Source: Octopus vulgaris (Eukaryota). From it: a stretch of 64,000 nt of DNA. Under the pieces are notes generated by a model. It was not told the DNA's origin, ran no database searches, and was given only the letters and a program-made list of their open reading frames with translations. Made by a program: the position numbers and the translations under genes. Positions 53,671 through 64,000 of this stretch are shown in pieces. Location of the stretch: positions 69,750,001-69,814,000 of the forward strand of contig OX597818.1 in assembly GCA_951406725.2 (NCBI GenBank). Direction: 5' to 3'. Positions within the stretch are counted from its first letter, which is position 1; each line of letters begins with the position of its first letter.

Positions 53671-54150
53671 ATACAGGATGCATATTTTTGGGGATCCTTT
53701 CAACGAATTTAGAAAAAGATGCACAGCTTATTAAAGAAAAGCTGTGTTTAAGAACAAATTCGTAGAAATAATCTGAAGAAACCTTTTACCATTCCTACTC
53801 AATGAATCCACTGTTAGCATAAATGGCTGCTTCCGTATGTGGTTGGAACTGCTGACTTGCTCAAATCAGATAACTTTTATCAATTTCAGACATAATGCTG
53901 GTTATGGCAGACTTTTGAAATTGTATGGTGTTATGGGGTCGTTGATTGACCTCTCCCTCAATTATACCCTATACGTAATAGTCCAGTTGATTGCAGTCTT
54001 GTGAGCTAGGAGGTCATGTTCCTGGGAGAATATCACCATGGAGATTGGAACACAGCCATGCTTGGGTTGTTCCAGCCATACAAGGGGTTGCAACTAAATT
54101 GCTTTTGGTATTTTGTTAATGTCCTTTTGCACTTTACAGAAGAGTATTTG
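53671..54150 (-). mobile_element. DD37D/maT transposase C-terminal remnant
   Basis: TTQAWLCSNLH...PPSSQDCNQLDYYV*GIIEGEVNQRPHNT...ANSGFIE*. Confidence 0.75.
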
Positions 54151-55199
54151 TTTCACATGTGATGGAGACTGATGGAGAAAGAGGCCAGTCAATCAAATAT
54201 CTACCAGTCAAGTATTAATGCCCCTTCTCTGGAAAAGGAAAAAAAAAACAACTCTGTACCAATAGAAGAAAACACTCCAGGCATTGCCATGGCTGTTAAG
54301 ATGCTTACTTCACAACCACTTGGCTTTAGGTTCAGTCCAACGTTGTAACACATTAGGAAAGTGTTATTGATTTTTATCCTTGAGCTAACCAATGCCTTGT
54401 CAGTGGACTTGGTTGACAGAAACTATAATGAAACTTTTCAGTTATATATGTATATAAAGGTATGTATGTGTCTGTGTGTCCAGTGTGTGTGTGTGTTGAC
54501 TATAAACAAGTTCCCCGTTCATGCCAAGAAAAGTGCCACTGATCTGCAATCTTCCATGAAGACGTGTCCAGTCATTTAGATGTTCAAAAAACTTAGGGAA
54601 TATTACTTTGCTTGGAAACAGGTGAGGGTTGATGGCAGGAAACGCATCCAGCTATAGAAAATGAGGCACAGTGCAATCCTTCTGACTCATGAAAACATGG
54701 AAAGGTAGATGTTAAAACGATGGCAAATGATGTGTGTGAGTTGTTTTTGAGCTTTGGTTGGGGTTCCTTAGAATGCATGTTGTGTAGGTTGGTGGGGCAT
54801 GGGTTTTAGCACCAAATAATTATTCACTTGAAAAATCACGTGATCACAGACTTGGTTCTGCTGTCAAGCACCTTAAGCAATTGTCTTTTACAAGTTCTTT
54901 CAATCAACCAAAACCATATGAATAAAATTGGGCAGACATCAACTGTGTGACCCCTTCAGATAGATTGTACCCCTAACGCACTGGGTAGATTTGATTCTCT
55001 TCAAATATTTTGTTTTAGACTAAAACTTCTATGGAATACACAGCCACTTACATTATAATCCATTGAGTAGGCAATTCTTTTATTCATAAAACAGGAAAGA
55101 TTTCCTCATTAAAGCTGATGGCAATTCAATGATTTACTAATTATTTCATTTATCAGGCTTCTATTTTATGACTGTAAAGTAGTTGAGAGACAAATATTC

Positions 55200-55410
55200 A
55201 TCATTATAATCATCATCATCACCACCATCATCACCACCACCACCATTATCATCGTCATTATCATTACCACCTTCATCATCACTACCACCACTGCCACCAC
55301 CACATCACCACCACCACCACACCACCATCACCACCATCACCATCATCATCACCACCACCACCACCACATCACTGCCACCGCCACACCACCGTCACCATCA
55401 TCATCATCAT
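55200..55410. repeat. (CAC/CAT)n tract at the end of a decayed minus-strand RTE-type tail (55400-55740)
   Basis: Directly visible. Confidence 0.85.
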
Positions 55411-56731
55411 TTAGTGTTTGCTTTCAATGCTGACATGAGTTGGATGGTTTGACAAATCCAGGATCCATACTACGTTCCATTTGTCTGTTTCTGCATGGTT
55501 GCCATGGCTGGACACCCTTTCTAAAGCCAACCACTCTACAGAATGTACTGGATGGTGTTTACAAGACACCAGCAGCACCAGCGCCTCTTACATGATGTCA
55601 GTATTAGTTCTTTTATGCGACACCAGCTCCGCTGTTTTTTTATGTGGCACCAACACCAGAGCGTTTTATGTGACACTAGCACCAGTGCCTTTTACATGGA
55701 ACCTGCATCAGCACCAGTGCTTTTTATGTGGCACCATTTCCTTTGTGTACATACATTTTATCCATGGTAACAAGAAACAGAACTTGGCACCTGAAGCTAA
55801 CATTTCCATGATATCAGTTCTGAAGTTCTGAAGTTGCTAGAAATTCCAGGATTATGCCAAGTATTGATACCTCCATACAGTCAGGTGGAATTGTCTTCTG
55901 AGAGTCATGTGTATTTGGAATCTATCTATCACTTTGCTACTAAACATGTGAGATAGTTTCAGGGTACATATTCAACGATCAACTCAACCATTTATGATTT
56001 CCTTCTAAAGATAGAAGTGAAAAATCTAAAATTCTGTTACCATTCCATGCAAGTGGAAGATAAAAGGAAAATTTTGGAGGGAGGAAATACTGTACATAGC
56101 ACTTAGATCCATACATTCATAAATATATATATGTATGTGTGTATAGATATGTATGAATGTAAGTATATACGTTTATACACACAAATATAGTTGAAATATA
56201 TATGGAAGAAAAGTGGGGAAGAATGAATGATATTAACAGAATAATATTTCATATCAAACTCAGATGGAATAAGATGGAATGGCAGAAATTGTTGGATGCT
56301 AAATTAAATTCCTTGCACTGTTCCATTGCATCACTTTCTGTATTTCAGGCAACGTTTTTCAAAGTATTCTGCCATTTATAACAGATTTCCAGTGAGTAAA
56401 TTACTGGGTCTCCATATGTACAATGGTAATGGTCACAAAGGTGAAACAGTGTAATTTGGGCAGAACAAATAGCACAAGGGGTACTTTTATTTGAATACAG
56501 AACTTTATCAGCTTTATTGACAATGTTCATACACACCCATACACATGAACACACACACACACACACATATGAATATGTAAATAAATATATATATATATGT
56601 CTACATGCATACATATGTATATATATATACATGCATATTTATATGCATGCATATATATGTGTATATATGTGTGTGTGTGTGTGTATTTATATTCCTATAT
56701 ACACATATATACATATTTATATAGCTATATA

Positions 56732-56887
<156 letters not shown>

Positions 56888-56894
56888 ATATATC

Positions 56895-58170
56895 TTGGGT
56901 CATCCCCTAAATAATGTGTTTTTTTTATAGCTCTTACAATTTTCAAAATTAAGATAAGCAAAGTTCTTTTTTTAATTTGAAATATACTCTCCTTCATTTT
57001 CTACAGTGCTTTTCAATCTCTCTGGTAGACTTGCAAGGCCTCTTTCCCAAAGTATTCTTGTCCACGATGAAAAATACTTCTCCAGTACTGTTCTGACCTC
57101 GTCTATAGAATTCATATTGTTTTTCCATCCAAATGATTTTGAAGACTGCAAAATAGATAATAATCAGATGGGGCAATGTCCAGCAAATCTGATGGGTGGG
57201 GCATCGTTTCCTATTCAAGCTGCTCCATTCCTTGGAATGTCATCCTCGCTTTATGTGACCATGCACTATCCTGATGGAAGAACACCTTTTATCTTGAAAC
57301 CAAAGATGGTCGTTTTTCTTCTGACACTGACTGAAGCTTCTCAAGCTGCTTGCAGTAGATCTTTGTTATCGTTTTGCTTTGGGTTTAAAAGTTCAAAGTA
57401 GACTAAATCTTTTATATCCCACCAAACAGTTAACAACACCTTATGTGGGTGAAGACCTTCTTTAGCCTGGGGTGTCGGTGTTTCTCTTTACCTCACCCAC
57501 TGTCTTCGGCGCTTGACATTTTTATAGAGAACCCATTTCTCCTCACCAGTCACTGTTCAGTCCAGAAAAGGTTAATTTATGAGATGTGACAGCAAAGAAG
57601 AGCACACATTCACTTGCTGCATGCGATCAGACTCAGAAAGTTTGTGAGAAACCCATTGATACAATTTGCTGACTTTTCCAATGGCACACAGGTGTTGATG
57701 AATGCTTGAATGAGCAAATCCAAGCTTCCCTGGTGGTTCTTCAACAGTTACGATGGGATTTTGTTCCACCAGGGTTTTCAGGATGTCCTTGTCAAGCTCT
57801 ACAGATATTCCAGGATGGGGCTCATTTTCTAGACGGTAGTTTCCAGCTTGGAATTTCTGGAGCCACCATTGACACTGGTTTACACTTGTCCGATCCCCAT
57901 ATACTGCATTAATATTCGTCACACTTTCCATTGCATTGATGCCTTTATGGAACTCATAAAGCAAAATATGCTCTTTTGTCATTTCCATTTTAGCTTTGAA
58001 AAAATAACTGTTAAAATCAAACTGCACCCTTCAAACTTGCACTAAGAATAAGTACAAGGTAAAATTATTACCTGCTTTTATAGCAAGTTGATGCAGGTAG
58101 TTTATCCCATCCCCCTCCAACTTTTAGTTTATGCAATTGTAAAAACCACATTATTTATAGGATGACCTAA
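56895..58170 (-). mobile_element. Full-length (~1.28 kb) mariner element with pseudogenised transposase
   Basis: TIRs TTGGGTCATCCCCTAAATAATGTG / CACATTATTTATAGGATGACCTAA|TA. Protein motifs HILLYEFHKG, WVSHKL (WVPH.L) and VTGEEKWVLY. Frameshifts and stops present. Confidence 0.92.
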
Positions 58171-58254
58171 TACATGTGTACATACAAATGGAATGTGTTT
58201 GCAGTGTGAGTACTCATATCAACATTTCGGCTGCTTGATGAGTTCTGAGTCATT

Positions 58255-59580
58255 GATGGGAAAGCTCAAAAAATACTAACAAGCCCACATAATTTCTACA
58301 TAAACAGTGACGTAGACTGCCTCTACCTAAAAAGGAAAACAAGGCGGCAGAGGTTTATCATCAATCCAAAATGCCTTTGAGTGTTGCATCATATCCCTTC
58401 AGCAACATCTTCTAACCACTAAGTATCAAAGTGCATCCCTTGACTAAGTTTGCATACATGGGGCTGATAACATCATAAGACTTGGAAGGCAGCTCTTTGA
58501 GCAACATTCTTTGTCTGATAACCTAGAATACATGTCCAAAGAAATTGCATGAATCTACCACAACATATCAATAGATGAAAGGATGAGCTTATATGAGCAG
58601 AAGACTATGCATGGATATGTTACTAGAAAGCTCCGAGATGATAGTAACATTGATAATCAAAGCAGTTTACCATGGACCAATAGCCAGATTGCTACCTCTC
58701 ACTTTGAAGGGTATGCATTTGCAAACATCAACCAAGTACCAGATGCACAAAAGAGATTGAGATGCAGGAAAAGCAGTAAAATGTGACAACCGATGCAGAT
58801 TTTGTGGAGTTCACACTGAAGATACTATCCACATCGTAAACAGTTCTCCAAAAATGTCATCACGGTATTATCTACCGATGAGACATGATTTTGTAGCTAG
58901 GACATTCTATAATGAAATCCATCAGAAGGATAATCTCGAAGACAAAGAAATAAGAACCAACAATATGGTAGAAGCCATAGCCACTCACAATAAAAAGGAA
59001 TACTGGTGGAATGTACCAGTAAAGACCTCAATAAAATGTAAATACAACAGACCTGATATAATGATTTGGGACAGAGTAGAAAAACTGTGTACAGTTGTGG
59101 AAATTAGCTGCCCAGCAGATGTTAACATAAAGCTGAAGATCAGTGAAAAAGAGAACATCAATGCTGAACTATTGAGAACTCTGCAGTTATTCTATCCTGA
59201 TTACAAGTTCAGGTTTATACCTGTAATTACTGGGGCCTTGGGATATGTAACACACTGCCTAAATACCAATCTTGAGAAATTAGGCTTCTCAAAACCAGAA
59301 AGGAGAAAGCTAATTCAAAGGCTACAGATCCAATCCATCACTAGAACTATAAAAATCTGTATAACTTTCCAGAAGTTTATCCTTTAAGTACATATGAGCA
59401 TGTCTAGGTATGTAACTATAAGCATGAGAATGCATACATAAAACATACAAATTCTGCACATACATACATACAAAAATGCCTTGCTGTTGATATTGAAATT
59501 CCAATGAAGGAGCTTTGGATCTAGGTTAGAAACTGGTTCTTTCTCTATTGGCAAGAAATCTTGAAATAAATTGAATAATG
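58255..59580 (+). mobile_element. R4/Dong-clade element 3' part (CCHC knuckle plus restriction-like endonuclease; ORF 58854-59387)
   Basis: CRFCGVHTEDTIHIV, RHDFVAR, YWWNVPV, NRPDIMIWD, VVEISCP, EKEN, IPVITGALG; followed by (CATA)n. Confidence 0.9.
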
Positions 59581-62299
59581 ACATACATACATACATATGA
59601 ATGTATATATTTCTCATTATGAGAAAGGCTGCACTTATGCCCTATAAGTGAGTACAGAGAGGGCTTTGATGAGGATGTCCAAGAATATACATGGTAGGTC
59701 ATTTCCTTTGTCTCAAAGTCCTTCGATAAAGCAAGATAAAGAAATAAAATTTCATCTGTCCCTAGTGTGAGCGAATTGTTCCTTGAAGTCAGGGTTCTGG
59801 GTCCACTGCTTTTCCTGGGCCACAAGAAACTGGAGCAAAGGCCACACTGAGAACCACTGACTTGGAAAAGGTAGAATTACCTCACTGGGCAGGTGGATTA
59901 CTTTGTGTGTTTATGTGTGAGTATCTTGCATAAAGCCTACTGAAGTATATACAAATTTTCTGTCATAGTATGTGATGTCAGAAATAAAGTTTACACGTGT
60001 ATGTGTGTGTGTGTATGTGTGTGTGTGTATGTGTGTGTGCGCACATGCACACACGTATACAGGTTACCACAAATTTTTGCCTACCATATTTCACTTCTAA
60101 TACCTTGCTCAAAACAAGACTAGAGCAGAAGAGACTTGCCAAAGATTTCACACAGTGGGCTTGAACTTGGAACCGCATGATACCAAAGTAAAATACCGAA
60201 GCCATATAGCCATGCTTCAATCCAAATGGTGAAGTCTATTTTGTGTTTAAAAGTCATTAAGATCAATTCTGCTTCTCAACTTACTGAGACTTGTAAAATA
60301 AATACAAGCTTCGTTAACATTAGAGTTGATTATATCGACAACAATTTGTCCGAACCTCACACTTAAAACCTTAGGAATTGAGATAATGTTTAGAATCTAT
60401 TTTACCATTGTTATTGTTACTGCAATTTAGCCCAAGTGATTAAAAGGATTCTAGCCATGATTACCAGATCTTTTATTCAGGCTGGCATAATGCATCTAAG
60501 ACTACAGTAGCTAATGTGACATTTGGATTCTTTTTTGTTTTTTTTTAGAAGAGTAGAGTGGAAATTTGAGAGTATTTGGCTGTTGTTTCTAGACAATTTA
60601 ACAACTCCATAGAGGCTCCTTTGTCAGTTTTAATGTTTGAAAGCTCAGGTGATGCAGCCTTTGGGAGACTAATGTAAGATAAAGGCCATAGGTGTCGGAT
60701 TGACTAATGAGAAATAATTCTAGAAGATTAAAGTAAGGTAATTCTTGACAAATGTCAGAGATTTAGAGTTGAAAAGAAGAATTATCTCCAGAGAAATGGT
60801 TGGTCATTTTGTTTTCTTCATTTAAGCCACAGAAATTAAAGATAAAATTTATAAGAATTTCTATAAAATCAACTAAATAAATATGGCCTGTTTTAAATTC
60901 CCTAAAGAAATAATAATCAACAGTACTTGGTACACTTTTAATAAGTTACTGGAAACTATTATTAAGATAAATGATAACGATAACATTTTAGAGATGGACT
61001 GACGAGCTGGGCTCGGGGTAGGGGAGAGGAAATTCAAAATAACTCTTATATTCTTTATATCAAGGAATGATTAATTCATTATTCCTTGATACCTAAGTTG
61101 TCTCACTTCAACAAAATTGTTTGCCTTTTGTTTGTTTTACAGGCCTATGTTGTTGTTTTTTTATGATTTTTTTCTGAGTTACTTTAATTTTTGTTCTTTA
61201 CTTTCTTTCACCATCTTGGCCATCTGCCATAAAACTCTCATTATAAAAACATTAAAATAGCTTGATATATTTCGAAGTAAATTTTCCGAATAATTTACAA
61301 AGAAATTTTTATATTTCATATTTCATGTTTGTTTGTTTTGCTTTTTGTTGTTCACATCCGTTATGTATTATTCATTGTATGTAAAACTGACACTCTTTAA
61401 AGGAGCTTAATGGTTAAAATGTTGGACACATTGTCTCAGCAGACACACAGACAGAATATTTTTATAATGTTTCCTCCAAGTCTGTGCTGGAGCAAAATAT
61501 GCAGCAATACCAGCTTTTGAGGTTCCTTTCATTTTCATTATCACCCTTGTTCAACAATAAACAAAACTAAACACAACCCCAAGCCAATAAAAGGGCCTGC
61601 AGATGGTCACTTAATCTGCTAGAAATAATAACCAAATTTACCACAAATTACACTTTGCCATCATAAGATATGAAGGACGCCTTTGATAATGTCATCCAAA
61701 ATACAGTGCATATGAATATGGGATTGCATTAGGCAGTCATTGTTTTTTTCTTTTTCATTGTTTATTCTTGGCGGTGGGGGATTACCTGTAACATTTTTTA
61801 GGGTTTCAGAGTCTAGAGAGAAGAAGGTGAGAAACTTATCCTCAAACCAGAATGCTTGCAACAGAGTAGGCTTTTCTCAAGACCCTAAGGAGAAGATATG
61901 GTGTTGAAGCAAGTAATGGATTCACTCTACCACCCACTGGAATATCTTGAAATTATAACTCCACTGGATTGGAGCAAGAGATAATCATACTCTCCCATCT
62001 TAAAATATAAACGACACATCTGATAATGTGATCCAGAATGCAAATGTGTCCAAATAAATAATCATGAAAACATAACAAAATTAATCATGGCTGAAACACA
62101 CTTCATCCTAGATTGCTTTTGTTATGATTGATTTGGGTTTAAACTTCAACAGTAAGAATGTGATAAATATTTAAGTCAGGTAATGGATAAATGAAGAAAG
62201 AAACAGAATATCAGACAAACTGGGGGGAAACCTGTAATTTAGATGTTGTAGTTCAGAGGAATAGTGACCATGAGGAAAATCTTCCAAATGGGGCCATGG

Positions 62300-62660
62300 T
62301 CTACTTTTAGATACAGCAACTGGTAGAATGGTAGAAGAATTTGTTACTCAGAAAGTGTAATGACTCACAATGTTTGCTGCAGGTAGATATTGTGGTTGAG
62401 TGGGGTGGGCCATAAAACGATTCAGTCTTGAGAAGATGGATGGAGAATGAACGCTGGCGACAATGGTCATTTGAGAAAAAGTGAAATACTTTGGTCATGT
62501 TATCAGAGCTAGGACCTCTGAGGTTATCCTCAGGGTCTGGGTGGACAGAGAATGGGTTTGTGGGTGATGGAGAGATGAGATCAAGGACTGGACAGGGAGG
62601 ACTTTTGATGAGCACAAGACTGTAACATGTGATGAAGGTTGTCATCATGATGTGTGTTGG
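62300..62660 (+). mobile_element. Old RTE/BovB-like ORF C-terminal remnant
   Basis: KYFGHVIRA...DEIKDWTGR motifs across frameshifts. Confidence 0.55.
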
Positions 62661-64000
62661 GGGTCCCAATAATGCTCATTTAGAAGGATGGACATATTTA
62701 TTCATTCAGTTTGTGAGGGACGGGGAATAAATATTTGTACCAATAGTCACTAGAATGAGGAAAGGAAAGAGAAATTGAGATTTCTGTTCCTCCATGTGCA
62801 GAAAGGATGTGGTAAACTTTTAAAAGTCCCCACACATGCACACACACATATATATATATATATATACATACATATATTTATGCATCTGTGTGTAAGAGAG
62901 GCTGCATAAAATATTATTTGATAATTAATATATTGATACTTAATGGCATTTTGTCTCTTTATGTTCTGAGTTCAAATGCTGCTGAGATAACTTTGCTGTT
63001 CATCATTTCAGGGCCGACAATATAAGTACCAGTTGAGTACTGGGGTCGTTGTAATTGATGTACTCTTTTCCCAAAACTGTTGGCCTTGTGCTAAAATTTT
63101 GTAAGCAATATTCTGATATCTGCTAGAGAAACCTTTGACAAGAATGGCAGTGATGTAATATTTTGAGAGAACATTACACAAGTCTGGTCTGTTAATCGTG
63201 CAAAAGCTTTCTAAATAAATATGGAATCCCACCTTGGCCATATTTTTTTACCTGTAATCATCAACTTCCAAATATTTAAGAAACTCATTGACTCTTATGA
63301 CTCTCATCAGTCTAGGAAGTACTGCCATGGCAATGGGCACCGCTTCTTCTACTAAACAAACCAAAGACTTAATCTGGCATTTAGTTTCAGACTTCTGCCA
63401 GGTACCTTGGGTGTCTTTAATGGAGACCACTGTGTTGCAAGCATTTGGGGAAGGTTTCTGGTTGAGGATAGCATTCTCCCACTCACCCATCTTGAAGTTC
63501 CTTCAAGCATCATGGCCACTACCTTTCCCTTTGACTAAGAGGTGAAATCAAAAATGAAAGTAATTTAAAGAAAAGGAATTGAGAAAGAAAATCAGAATTC
63601 AGAGATAGCAATGTATGTGTAGGGGAGAACAAATGAAACTAAATAAGCATGCAACTTCCAGACATACATGTGTGTATGTGGTGTAGATATATGTATATGT
63701 ATGAAGGTGTGTGTGTGTGTGCATATATATAGATATGTCGATATATTTGTATGTGTGTGTGTGTATTGAATGAAAAAGTTATGTCAGTTGATCATGAAAG
63801 ATTTCTTCTGATGGAAAAAGATTTTAGAATTTGTGGGGATGGATTTGAGAATTTTTGGTTTCATAAAAGAGATGAAGAATTAATGCTAATCCATGTAACC
63901 TATGCAAGCATGAAAAACAGATTCTAAAATGACGATGATTTCTAACATATAATGATAGCCTTGTGTTATGTCATTGGTGCTTTAGAATTTTATCTAAATG

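Noticed and set aside
61418-61445. Resemblance to a spiralian miR-1994-like sequence on the minus strand
   Set aside because: Seed mismatch relative to the sequence as I recall it, and no precursor hairpin seen.

Overview
This is AT-rich, microsatellite-dense eukaryotic DNA with no recognisable intact host protein-coding gene. The supplied ORFs are almost all microsatellite read-throughs or transposon remnants. The repeat families (tRNA-derived SINEs, RTE LINEs with (GAT)n tails, CR1, R4/Dong, Penelope-like elements, mariner and DD37D/maT, TTAA MITEs, a Helitron) look like an octopod cephalopod genome, probably intronic or intergenic; this assignment is inference from recalled repeat families, not a search. 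Main points of interest: (1) a tRNA-headed SINE carrying a hammerhead ribozyme core, split by an RTE insertion; (2) a second minimal hammerhead at 6.2 kb; (3) a C4HC3 PHD finger inserted inside the RTE reverse transcriptase, with the same stop codon in two copies; (4) a same-strand stack of R4/Dong elements in (TAA)n tracts; (5) a copy of an RTE 5' junction inside that element's own 3' tail; (6) a few candidate isolated exons. Boundaries of degenerate elements are approximate.
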